A DNA stretch of 38,781 bases from Flavobacteriales bacterium (GCA_031412115.1 JANOCJ010000103.1:1-38781), one strand, 5' to 3'; numbered from the stretch's first letter, positions 1-8,074 are shown. The notes: generated by a model from the sequence alone, not told the origin. Translations and numbers: made by a program.

Positions 1-109
1 GCAAAACGGCTACAGGGCGGTTTGTAAAAGAGTAGTTTTTGCCGATAAATTTTGTGTTTTAGTGCCGATACATACTAAAACCTGTACTTGTAACGTACTA
101 GCAATTAAG

Positions 110-117
110 TACATTTG
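110..117 (+). promoter_or_regulatory. candidate Bacteroidota -7 promoter box (TACATTTG, matches TAnnTTTG)
   Basis: Exact TAnnTTTG match 17 nt upstream of the ATG at 134. Motif-only call. Confidence 0.4.
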
Positions 118-133
118 TTTAAAACCAACAACC

Positions 134-2539
134 ATGAAAAAGCTTTTCACCCTCTCATTACTGGCTTTTATGGCTACCATTGCCTACGCGCAACAGCCCA
201 ATATTGCTGCAATAGAAGAAGCCAAGCGCCTTAAAGTGCTTGATATGTTGCAGGCAAAACTAGGCGGTACAGGCACTAACGATGTTACGAGTTTAATTCC
301 TGAACAAGATTGTATGGGCGCTATTGTGGTTTGCCAGCCCATATACTTTCAACCCAACTCGTATGTTGGTTCGGGTGATATTTCAAATGAAATAGGCGCC
401 GGCAGTTGCCTTGGCGCCGGCGAATTAAACGCCGCTTGGTATAAAATAATGATTGTAAACGACGGGGATTTGGCATTTAACATTACCCCAAATGACCTTA
501 ACAATGATTATGACTGGGCAGTATTTAATCTGACCAATGCAAACTGTGGCGACTTAGGAACCAATGCTGCTGGCTTGCAAGTAAGTTGCGATTTTTCGGG
601 CAGCACTTTTCCTACCGGTGTTACAGGGGCAAACGGTGGTTCAAACTCGCAAGATGAGCCCGTAATACCTGTTCACTCAGGCGAGGTGTATTATATTGTT
701 GTAAGCAACTTCTCTAACTCGCAATCGGGCTACACGCTCGATTTTTCTCCCTCAACCATTGAATTGGGCAACTGCTCATTTATATACGGCAGCGTGTACC
801 TTGACAATAACACCAATTGCGACTTAGACCCAAACGATAATGGCTTGCCCCAACAAGTGGTGTACGCATTGCCCGGGCCATACTACAGCCTATCTGACGC
901 CAACGGCCTTTACCGCATTGGCATACCCAGTGGGCAAATAGGCACTTACCAGTTGTTTACCCAACCGCTTAGCCCCGCTTTGGTGCAAGAGTGCCCCACA
1001 AACCCATCGTTTTTAACGGTAAATGTTACCAATACCGACTCGCTGTACCCCGGCAATAACTTTGCCTATATACCAGACCCTGTAGTGGCCAACCCTTGCC
1101 CTGCATTAACGGTTAGCAACGCATCATCGGGCATGTATTTAGTATGCTGCGGCGGTAGCCGTACCGTACGTGTTTGCAACAATGGCAGCGCCACAGCCAC
1201 CAACGTAATGCTCGATTTGGAGTATATGGATAACATTATTACCCTATCAGGCGCTACTTATCAATACTCAAATACCCCTGTACCATTTATTCAGGTGGGC
1301 AACCATTTTTATTTTGACTTGCCCGATTTAACCGTTGGCGAATGTGTTACGTTAAATATTGTAGAACAATTGCTTGACTCTGCTGCTACGGGAGAAACAT
1401 CGTGCGTAATGGCCCACGTAACACCCGACGCGCCTTGCGGCCCGCCAACTACCGGCTGGGATGGTTCAAACATTAGGTTAAACAGCCAGTGCAGCAATAA
1501 CAACACCGTTGTTTTTACACTGCAAAATGTGGGCGTTAGCAATATGGCAAGCCCATTGGCGTATACCGTATATCAGGGGGCAAATGTTATAGACAATGGC
1601 ACGTATCAATTAGCCTCGGGCCAAAGCACTACACGCTCATACCCGGCCGACGGCGACTTTTTTGTAATGCAGGCACAGCAAAGCCCCGGCAACCCTTACG
1701 GTATTCAGCCCGCAGGTTTTGTTGATAGCTGTGGCGATTCAACCTTTGTGCAAACCGTTGGCTTTAACAATTTTGCCCAAGGCGACCAACCCGACCCGTT
1801 TGATATGGATTGTGTTACCATTTTAAACTCATACGACCCTAACGATAAACAAGCGGTTCCTTCGGGCCTTGGCCCACAGCATTTTATTAGCAGTAATGAT
1901 AATATTGAGTATAAAATCCGTTTCCAAAACACCGGTAACGGCCCTGCTCAAAAAGTTGTTTTGGTTGATACGCTTGATGCCCATCTCGAAATTTTAACCT
2001 TACAAATAGGTGCATCAAACTACGATTATACTGCCGAACTGGTGGGCAATGGCGTGTTGGTATTTACATTTGATAATATTAATTTACCCCCGGCCTCAAC
2101 CGACTCGCTTGGCAGCATAGGCTTTATTACCTATAGCATAAGCCAAAGGTGGGATAACCCGTTAAACTATACCATCAACAACACGGCGTACATCTATTTC
2201 GACCTTAACCCGGCCATTGTTACCAATACCGTTTTTCATAATGTGAAAGATAATTTTGCTACTTCAGTAGCCGAAACCATTGGTAAAAACACCTTGGGCG
2301 TTATACTATACCCTAACCCTACCAATAGCAACATTACCATTGCCCTTAGCAGCTTAAAAGCAGGGCAGCAATATTCGCTGGCTATATACAACAGCGCAGG
2401 TATGTTGGTTAAAGAGCAAACAGGCTTAAAAGAAGCACAAACAATGTTGGATGTTGCAACCCTTTCATCAGGCCTATACACCTACCGCGTAGTTACAACC
2501 GATGGCAAAAGCGCTGCCGGTAGGTTTGTAAAAGAATAA
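134..2539 (+). CDS. large secreted protein with a T9SS C-terminal sorting domain (adhesin-like, repeat and beta-sandwich domains)
   Basis: ORF 62..2539. I place the start at ATG 134 because MKKLFTLSLLAFMATIAYAQ is a typical signal peptide. The C-terminus (ILYPNPTNSNITIAL...GLYTYRVV...GRFVKE) fits the T9SS type A sorting domain pattern. There is an internal SYDPNDK...IEYKIRFQNTGNGPA repeat-domain motif. Confidence 0.85.
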   Translation: MKKLFTLSLLAFMATIAYAQQPNIAAIEEAKRLKVLDMLQAKLGGTGTNDVTSLIPEQDCMGAIVVCQPIYFQPNSYVGSGDISNEIGAGSCLGAGELNAAWYKIMIVNDGDLAFNITPNDLNNDYDWAVFNLTNANCGDLGTNAAGLQVSCDFSGSTFPTGVTGANGGSNSQDEPVIPVHSGEVYYIVVSNFSNSQSGYTLDFSPSTIELGNCSFIYGSVYLDNNTNCDLDPNDNGLPQQVVYALPGPYYSLSDANGLYRIGIPSGQIGTYQLFTQPLSPALVQECPTNPSFLTVNVTNTDSLYPGNNFAYIPDPVVANPCPALTVSNASSGMYLVCCGGSRTVRVCNNGSATATNVMLDLEYMDNIITLSGATYQYSNTPVPFIQVGNHFYFDLPDLTVGECVTLNIVEQLLDSAATGETSCVMAHVTPDAPCGPPTTGWDGSNIRLNSQCSNNNTVVFTLQNVGVSNMASPLAYTVYQGANVIDNGTYQLASGQSTTRSYPADGDFFVMQAQQSPGNPYGIQPAGFVDSCGDSTFVQTVGFNNFAQGDQPDPFDMDCVTILNSYDPNDKQAVPSGLGPQHFISSNDNIEYKIRFQNTGNGPAQKVVLVDTLDAHLEILTLQIGASNYDYTAELVGNGVLVFTFDNINLPPASTDSLGSIGFITYSISQRWDNPLNYTINNTAYIYFDLNPAIVTNTVFHNVKDNFATSVAETIGKNTLGVILYPNPTNSNITIALSSLKAGQQYSLAIYNSAGMLVKEQTGLKEAQTMLDVATLSSGLYTYRVVTTDGKSAAGRFVKE

Positions 2540-2562
2540 AAATAGTAGTAGAGACTATTGAC

Positions 2563-2597
2563 AAAGCCCGCAGCACTTCTGTGGGCTTTTTGTTTTT
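2563..2597 (+). terminator. rho-independent terminator
   Basis: Stem agcccgcag / ctgtgggct (9 bp, one G-U) with loop cact, followed by tttttgttttt. It lies 24 nt after the stop at 2537-2539. Confidence 0.7.
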
Positions 2598-2600
2598 AAT

Positions 2601-2632
2601 CCCTCTTTTTTAGGAGAAGGTTGGGGTGAGGT
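2601..2632. repeat. short dispersed element: hairpin plus GGGTGAGG tail (copy 1 of 3)
   Basis: ccctcttttttaggagaaggttggggtgaggt is 27/32 identical by hand alignment to the copy at 8289..8320. It abuts the stop codon of the minus-strand Smr remnant. Confidence 0.6.
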
Positions 2633-2884
2633 TAAAACTTAAAATACACAAACAGCCTACCAAAGTTTTTGCTGTCGTTCTCTATTCGGTGGTACGATGG
2701 TTTTATATGTGGCAATTGCAAAAAACGCTCAACCTTTTTGCGCAACTGGCCGCTGCCTTTGCCGGGTATAATCTCAATCTCGCGTATTTTGTGTTATGGC
2801 CTTTTCAAAAGCATCTTCTAAAGCCTTGTCTATAGCCTTGCTGTTATTGTAAATATCGTGTAAATCAACCTTAATGCGCGCCAT
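2632..2884 (-). pseudogene. Smr (MutS2 C-terminal-like) small-domain gene disrupted by a 1-nt frameshift
   Basis: Hand translation of the minus strand from ATG 2884 gives MARIKVDLHDIYNNSKAIDKALEDAFEKAITQNTRD, then TGA at 2776-2774. The +1 frame continues REIEIIPGKGSGQLRKKVERFLQLPHIKPSYHRIENDSKNFGRLFVYFKF, then TAA at 2634-2632. Joined, DLH(D/G)...(26 aa)...IIxGKGSGxLR matches the Smr domain layout. One base appears to be missing from the Arg codon near 2780-2782. Each half is too short to appear in the ORF track. Confidence 0.7.
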
Positions 2885-3065
2885 ACTATGTTCTGTTTTG
2901 CAGTACGTAAAGGTACAAATTGAGTGAATGGGGATGTCCTAAAAATTAAATAGCATAAGTATTATCAACTTACGTTTTGGTGCAAACTTTTTTAAAACCG
3001 GCAATGTTGGATTTAACACGGGAGTTGAGGCCCGTAGCTATACTAACCATTTAAATCAAAACAAC

Positions 3066-3785
3066 ATGAAATCAGGTTCAACCCGCCCAAAACAAACTGC
3101 TTCAAAACCTGCAGGCAGGGCATCGGCCGACAAAAAACCGGCATCAGCAGGTGCAAAAAAACCGGCAACATCATCAAAACAAAACGAGTCTAAGGGAACT
3201 ACAGACTTGAAAAGTTTGTTTGAAGACATTTTGAAGGATACTATGAGCGCCGAAAAGCAATTACTTAAAGCATTGCCAAAAATGGCTAAAGGTGCCAGTT
3301 CAAAAGAGTTGCAAGCCGCTTTTAAAGACCATTTAGCTGTAACACAAGGCCAGGTAAAGCGCCTTGAACAGGTATTTGAAGTTTGTGGCCTTAAAGTAGC
3401 CTCAAAAAAATGCGAAGCCATGGAAGGCTTGGTAAAAGAGGGCGAAGAAGCTATTGAAGATACCGAAGATGGCAGCGCCGTGCGCGATGTAGCGTTAATT
3501 GTAGCTGCTCAAAAAGTTGAGCATTATGAAATTGCTGCCTATGGGTCATTACGCAACTTAGCAGCTATTTTGGGCTACGACGAAGCTGCCGATTTATTGC
3601 AGGAAACCCTTGACGAAGAAGGCGATGCCGACAAAACCCTTACCGGCATAGCCGAAGAGATTAACGTTGAGGCATATGCCGGCGATGATGAGGAAGAAGA
3701 CGAAGATGATACTGATGAGGACGAAGATGATACTGACGAAGATGAAAACGAAAAGCCTGCTAAAGGTGGCAGAAGCGGTCGTTAA
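3066..3785 (+). CDS. DUF892 / YciE-YciF-like ferritin-like stress protein with a basic N-terminal tail and an acidic C-terminal tail
   Basis: The core (LKDTMSAEKQLLKALPKMAK...HLAVTQGQVKRLEQVF...AAQKVEHYEIAAYGSL...LLQETLDEE) matches the four-helix DUF892 pattern. The N-terminal 45 aa are K/A/P/S-rich. The C-terminal 45 aa are D/E-rich. Confidence 0.85.
   Translation: MKSGSTRPKQTASKPAGRASADKKPASAGAKKPATSSKQNESKGTTDLKSLFEDILKDTMSAEKQLLKALPKMAKGASSKELQAAFKDHLAVTQGQVKRLEQVFEVCGLKVASKKCEAMEGLVKEGEEAIEDTEDGSAVRDVALIVAAQKVEHYEIAAYGSLRNLAAILGYDEAADLLQETLDEEGDADKTLTGIAEEINVEAYAGDDEEEDEDDTDEDEDDTDEDENEKPAKGGRSGR
3699..3740 (+). repeat. 2 x 21-nt in-frame tandem repeat encoding (D)EDDTDE(D/E)
   Basis: gacgaagatgatactgatgag is followed by gacgaagatgatactgacgaa (2 mismatches). 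It lies inside the acidic tail of the DUF892 gene. Confidence 0.8.
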
Positions 3786-3806
3786 TCAACTATAATTTTA
3801 CAAGCA

Positions 3807-3838
3807 AAAGCCTCCAATTATGGGGGCTTTCTTGTTTT
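3807..3838 (+). terminator. rho-independent terminator
   Basis: aaaagcctcca / tgggggcttt stem (with G-U pairs) followed by cttgtttt. It lies 22 nt after the stop at 3783-3785. Confidence 0.6.
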
Positions 3839-3988
3839 ATAGCAGCCCAATTTTGCATTATTAAAAACCTCTGCACGCTATTTATCGTACAAGTAACCAC
3901 TTAATTAGCAAAACCTTTGGTTTGCACAGAGCAAACATGCCCTTCCGGTTGTTTAGTAACTAAGCCGCCATATAGGAGCTTTTTTGGC

Positions 3989-3996
3989 TAGTTTTG
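3989..3996 (+). promoter_or_regulatory. candidate -7 promoter box (TAGTTTTG)
   Basis: TAnnTTTG match 31 nt upstream of ATG 4027. It overlaps the TTG at 3994 used by the ORF track, which argues against that start. Confidence 0.4.
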
Positions 3997-4026
3997 TACA
4001 TTATTATTATATTATATATTGCATGT

Positions 4027-6660
4027 ATGATTTTTAATTGGGGCAAAAACGAGGGAGTACGTAATAAGTTCAGGTTTAAGGAGATAAAAGTTTATTCCTC
4101 TAACGAATGGATGGCATGGGGCGGTAAAAAATACCGTCAGGTGTTTGAAAATACGGAAACAACGTATATGTATTTCGAAGTATCGTTATACAATAAGTTG
4201 TTTGATGAGGAGGACTGGGAAATTAACCTTACTGTAAAGGGCTTTCAGCTTGAACCGGACGAAAAACGCCGCGAGCTGTGCAGCATAGATATGCCCCGTA
4301 AGGTTTCTAAAGAAGACAATATTATTTATTTTCGTGATGGTTGGGGCATGGAGAGCGAAGGCTCTTTTTGGCGCCGCGGCGATTATATTTGGGAAGCCTA
4401 TGTTGATGGTCAACCTATTGGCAGCACCCGTTTTTATATAGAAGACGGTGGTGGCGTTTCGCCCGACTACAACCCTTATTTCGAAATACAATCTATTAAG
4501 CTATACGAAGGGGGTTATGACGGCATTGAAAAACCCAACCGCCGCTATTACAAGCAGTTTAACAAGCACCAAACCCGCTACGTGTGGATTGAGTTTAGCC
4601 TGCTTAGCAAGCAACCCAAATCATATTACTGCGAGTTGTTTTTTAACTTTTATGACGATGCCCACCAGCTAAAAGCTACAACAGGCATTTTAAATAATGT
4701 GCCCGATAACAGCGAGGGGCAGGTATTTACCTACACCACCGGCTGGGGTAGCGATACGCCCGGCACTTGGGTAGACGACCAATACACCGTAGAGGTGGTG
4801 TTTATGGACCAGCTTTTGGCCATTTTGCCTTTTGATGTTGAGGATGAATACGAAGAGGGCGATGTAAAAATTTACAAAGCGGGCAACCCCTTTTTAATGA
4901 CCGAACACGAGCTGGCCGGCGAAGCAGGGGAAACCGAACAAAACCTTGACGATTTATTAGCGGATTTTGATAAGCTGATTGGCCTGGAAGAGATGAAAAA
5001 GAAAATTCACGATTATGTGAATTACCTAAACTTCATCAAACTGCGCAATGAACGTGGCTTCAAAGATTCCAGCCGCATAAATTTACACTCGGTGTTTACC
5101 GGTAATCCGGGTACGGGCAAAACAACCGTAGTACAGTTTTTAGCTAAAATTTACAAGGCTATGGGCCTGCTGTCAAAGGGCCATGTGTACGAGGTTGACC
5201 GTGCCGATTTAATTGGCGAATTTATTGGGCAAACCGCCCCCAAGGTTAAAGAGGCTATAGAAAATGCCCGCGGCGGCATCCTCTTTATTGACGAGGCTTA
5301 TGCTCTCTCTCGCGACCAAAACGACACAAAAGATTATGGCAAAGAGGCCCTCGAAATTCTGATTAAAGAAATGTCGGACGGCCCTGGTGATATTGCCATT
5401 ATGGTAGCCGGTTACCCTGCCGAAATGGAGACCTTTTTAAACTCTAACCCCGGCCTTAAATCGCGCTTTAACCAGTCGTACAATTTTCCTGATTATACCC
5501 CCGCCGAGTTGATGGCTATTGCCGATTTGGCAGCGTCGCAGCGCACGGTAAACATGACGGATGAAGCCAAAAATTACCTGGAGTTAAAATTGATTGAGGC
5601 CTACCGTAACCGTAACCGCCAGTTTGGCAATGCGCGGTATGTAATAGGTGTTTTAGACCAAGCCAAGCTTGATTTGGGCCTCCGCCTGATGCAGCACACC
5701 GACCCTGCAACGCTAAGCGAGGAAGAGTTGCAGCAAATTACCTTGGAAGATCTCCGTCGTGTGTTTAACGACATTAAAAAGCCACAAGTTCAAATTAAAA
5801 TTGATGAGCCTTTACTGCTCGAATCGTTGAACGAATTGCACAACATGGTGGGCATGGATGAGGTGAAGAAAGAGATTGACGAACTGGTACGCTTGGTACG
5901 TTTTTACCGCGAAACCGGTAAGGATGTTACCAACCGCATATCATTACACGCCGTGTTTACCGGCAACCCCGGTACGGGTAAAACAACCGTAGCACGTATT
6001 GTGGCAAAAATATACAAAGCCCTTGGTTTGTTGGAACGTGGGCACTTGGTTGAGGTTGACCGCGAAGCACTGGTAGCAGCATTTGTAGGCCAAACAGCTA
6101 TTAAAACCCAACAAAAAATTGACGAAGCCCGTAACGGTGTTTTGTTTATTGACGAGGCTTACGCATTATCGCGCGGGGGCAATGATTTTGGCAGCGAAGC
6201 TATTGAAACGCTACTGAAAAAGATGGAAGATTTGCGCGGCCAGTTTGCTGTAATTGTTGCCGGTTATACCGACAATATGAAAACGTTTATCGAGTCGAAC
6301 CCCGGCTTAAAATCGAGGTTTGATAAGGTGTATGAGTTTAAAGATTATACGGTAGACCAACTATATAAAATAGCGCTAGACTTGTTTAAGAAAGAAGATT
6401 TGCTAGTAGATGCAGAGGCCGAAAAGCACCTAAAAAAATACCTGCAAAACCTGTACGACAGCCGCAGCAAATTTTTTGGCAACGGCCGCACGGTGCGCAA
6501 TACCGTTAATGAGGCAGTGCGCAACCAACACTTACGTTTGGCCGCCGTACCCGCTGCCGAGCGCACACCCGAAATGCTCTCGGTTTTAACCTTTGATGAT
6601 GTTAAGGAATTTAAAGCCGAAGAAGGTGGCCGTTTAGGTTTTAGAACAGGGGGTAGGTAG
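4027..6660 (+). CDS. tandem AAA+ ATPase (CbbX/SpoVK-type, two ATPase modules) with a duplicated N-terminal domain of unknown function
   Basis: Two Walker A motifs GNPGTGKTT (about nt 5101 and 5962). Two Walker B motifs (ILFIDEAYAL, VLFIDEAYAL). Two copies of VAGY...NPGLKSRF, typical of the CbbX/SpoVK clade. The first ~290 aa contain two ~125-aa repeats. The start is moved to ATG 4027. Confidence 0.9.
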   Translation: MIFNWGKNEGVRNKFRFKEIKVYSSNEWMAWGGKKYRQVFENTETTYMYFEVSLYNKLFDEEDWEINLTVKGFQLEPDEKRRELCSIDMPRKVSKEDNIIYFRDGWGMESEGSFWRRGDYIWEAYVDGQPIGSTRFYIEDGGGVSPDYNPYFEIQSIKLYEGGYDGIEKPNRRYYKQFNKHQTRYVWIEFSLLSKQPKSYYCELFFNFYDDAHQLKATTGILNNVPDNSEGQVFTYTTGWGSDTPGTWVDDQYTVEVVFMDQLLAILPFDVEDEYEEGDVKIYKAGNPFLMTEHELAGEAGETEQNLDDLLADFDKLIGLEEMKKKIHDYVNYLNFIKLRNERGFKDSSRINLHSVFTGNPGTGKTTVVQFLAKIYKAMGLLSKGHVYEVDRADLIGEFIGQTAPKVKEAIENARGGILFIDEAYALSRDQNDTKDYGKEALEILIKEMSDGPGDIAIMVAGYPAEMETFLNSNPGLKSRFNQSYNFPDYTPAELMAIADLAASQRTVNMTDEAKNYLELKLIEAYRNRNRQFGNARYVIGVLDQAKLDLGLRLMQHTDPATLSEEELQQITLEDLRRVFNDIKKPQVQIKIDEPLLLESLNELHNMVGMDEVKKEIDELVRLVRFYRETGKDVTNRISLHAVFTGNPGTGKTTVARIVAKIYKALGLLERGHLVEVDREALVAAFVGQTAIKTQQKIDEARNGVLFIDEAYALSRGGNDFGSEAIETLLKKMEDLRGQFAVIVAGYTDNMKTFIESNPGLKSRFDKVYEFKDYTVDQLYKIALDLFKKEDLLVDAEAEKHLKKYLQNLYDSRSKFFGNGRTVRNTVNEAVRNQHLRLAAVPAAERTPEMLSVLTFDDVKEFKAEEGGRLGFRTGGR

Positions 6661-6688
6661 TTGATAGATGATAATTGAAAATTGATAG

Positions 6689-6716
6689 CCCACGGTTTCA
6701 ACCGTGGGTTTTTTAT
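6689..6716 (+). terminator. rho-independent terminator (GCCCACGG hairpin family)
   Basis: cccacggtt tcaa ccgtggg followed by ttttttatt. It lies 29 nt after the stop at 6658-6660. Confidence 0.8.
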
Positions 6717-6752
6717 TGAGGATTAACTGCCTTATGAAAGCCTTCACAGCTT

Positions 6753-6786
6753 AAAAACAAAAAAGCCCCTCTGTTTCCAGAAGAGC
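6753..6786 (-). terminator. rho-independent terminator downstream of tRNA-Pro
   Basis: The minus strand reads GCTCTTCTG GAAA CAGAGGGGC TTTTTTGTTTTT (9-bp stem with G-U pairs). It starts 16 nt after the tRNA 3' end. Confidence 0.65.
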
Positions 6787-6801
6787 TTTCATTTATTGTT
6801 G

Positions 6802-6875
6802 TCGGGACGAGAGGATTTGAACCTCCGACCTCCAGCACCCCATGCTGGCGCGATACCAGGCTACGCTACGTCCCG
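6802..6875 (-). tRNA. tRNA-Pro (anticodon GGG)
   Basis: Hand-folded 74-nt cloverleaf. Acceptor stem CGGGACG/CGTCCCG. Anticodon stem CCAGC/GCTGG with loop AUGGGGU (GGG anticodon, G37). T arm GGAGG-TTCAAAT-CCTCT. Discriminator A. No encoded CCA. Confidence 0.9.
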
Positions 6876-6895
6876 AACATTAGTGGTAAGGGGCG

Positions 6896-6903
6896 CAAAA
6901 ATA
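6896..6903 (-). promoter_or_regulatory. candidate -7 promoter box for tRNA-Pro (TATTTTTG on the minus strand)
   Basis: TAnnTTTG match ending 21 nt upstream of the mature tRNA 5' end. Confidence 0.45.
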
Positions 6904-6949
6904 CAATATTATGCCTAAAATGCAAGGCCATAGTTGTATTTGCCTGTTT

Positions 6950-8074
6950 TTAGTTGGTTTGCGACTTTTTTAAGCGGTCTTTAAACACCTTCTCAAACTT
7001 TTCTACTTTCGGCTTAATAACCATACTGCAATAGGAGTTGCTATTGGCATTATTTGCGTAGTAATCCTGATGGTAATCTTCCGCTTTGTAAAACTTCTCA
7101 AAAGGCACTACCTGCGTTACAATCATATTATCATACACCCTTTCGTTTGTAAGGGCTTTAATAATGTCTTCCGAAATTTTCTTTTGCTCTGCGTTGCGGT
7201 AAAATATGGCCGAACGGTATTGTGTACCCACATCTGCCCCTTGGCGGTTAAGCGTTGTAGGGTCATGCACGGTAAAAAACACTTTTAGTATTTCCTCAAT
7301 AGAAGTTTTAGTATTATCAAAGGTAATCTGCACCACTTCGGCATGGCCGGTAGTACCGTTGCAAACCTCTTTATACGAAGGATTTTTAACGCTTCCACCA
7401 CTGTAACCCGATTCGGCACTGATAACACCATCAAGCATAGCGTAAACGGCTTCTACACACCAAAAACAACCGCCACCAATGGTTAGGGTATCAATATTGC
7501 TCTCTGCTTTGGCTTCACCCGCAGGGGCAGGGGTTTTAATTTGGTCTTGCGGCACAAACTCCAACGATAGTGAGTTAACGCAATAGCGCAAACCGGTATC
7601 AGTTGGGCCGTCGTCAAACACGTGGCCTAAGTGGCCGCTACATTTGGCGCACATAATTTCGGTGCGGCGCATACCTGCGGTATAATCTTCTTTAGTTATG
7701 ATTTTACCATCAGCAATTTCCTTATCAAAACTTGGCCAGCCGCAATGCGAATCAAACTTGCTATCCGATGCAAACAAAGCATTTCCGCAGGCTGCACAGG
7801 TATACATGCCTTTGTCTTTATGCAATAAAAATTCGCCGGTAAAAGGGCGTTCGGTACCTTTTTCGCGCAGTACATAATATTGGTCGGGCGATAGTTCGCT
7901 CTTCCATTGTTCTTCTGTTTTTACCACCTTCCCGGTGTCGTTCGTAATGTCCATATTCCTAATTTTTGTAGCGTTTGCAGTTGCGGTATTTTGGCCACAA
8001 GCTGTAAACAACTGGGTAACAATTAGCAAGCCTGCTAATGCAAGGGCTATTGCCAATGTGTGTTTTGTTTCCAT
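6950..8074 (-). CDS. msrBA: exported bifunctional methionine sulfoxide reductase, MsrB-MsrA fusion (lipoprotein-like signal)
   Basis: The N-terminal half has the MsrB zinc CxxC pairs (CAACGNALF, CAKCSGHLGHVF) and the RYCVNS catalytic motif. The C-terminal half has the MsrA GGGCFWCVE motif. The N-terminus METKHTLAIALALAGLLIVTQLFTACGQN looks like a signal peptide ending in a Cys. Confidence 0.92.
   Translation of the reverse strand: METKHTLAIALALAGLLIVTQLFTACGQNTATANATKIRNMDITNDTGKVVKTEEQWKSELSPDQYYVLREKGTERPFTGEFLLHKDKGMYTCAACGNALFASDSKFDSHCGWPSFDKEIADGKIITKEDYTAGMRRTEIMCAKCSGHLGHVFDDGPTDTGLRYCVNSLSLEFVPQDQIKTPAPAGEAKAESNIDTLTIGGGCFWCVEAVYAMLDGVISAESGYSGGSVKNPSYKEVCNGTTGHAEVVQITFDNTKTSIEEILKVFFTVHDPTTLNRQGADVGTQYRSAIFYRNAEQKKISEDIIKALTNERVYDNMIVTQVVPFEKFYKAEDYHQDYYANNANSNSYCSMVIKPKVEKFEKVFKDRLKKSQTN

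Noticed and set aside
62-133. N-terminal extension of the first ORF (MPIHTKTCTCNVLAIKYICLKPTT)
   Set aside because: The ATG at 134 gives a canonical signal peptide. A TAnnTTTG box at 110..117 lies inside the extension.
2626-2835. 69-aa plus-strand ORF
   Set aside because: It begins inside the GGGTGAGG repeat and has no recognisable features. It lies antisense to a region whose minus-strand translation gives clear Smr-domain motifs.
3994-4026. TTG start of the AAA+ ORF given by the ORF track
   Set aside because: The extension is a hydrophobic low-complexity translation of AT-rich DNA and overlaps the candidate -7 box. ATG 4027 is preferred.
3066-6660. DUF892 plus tandem AAA+ as a two-gene defence or stress system
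   Set aside because: The genes are separated by a terminator and about 240 nt with a separate promoter box. No nuclease or effector gene is adjacent. There is nothing beyond proximity to link them.
6717-6949. tRNA-Pro as the attachment site of a genomic island covering the AAA, DUF892 and Smr genes
   Set aside because: There is no integrase or recombinase. I could find no direct repeat of the tRNA 3' end elsewhere in the window, and no evident compositional break.
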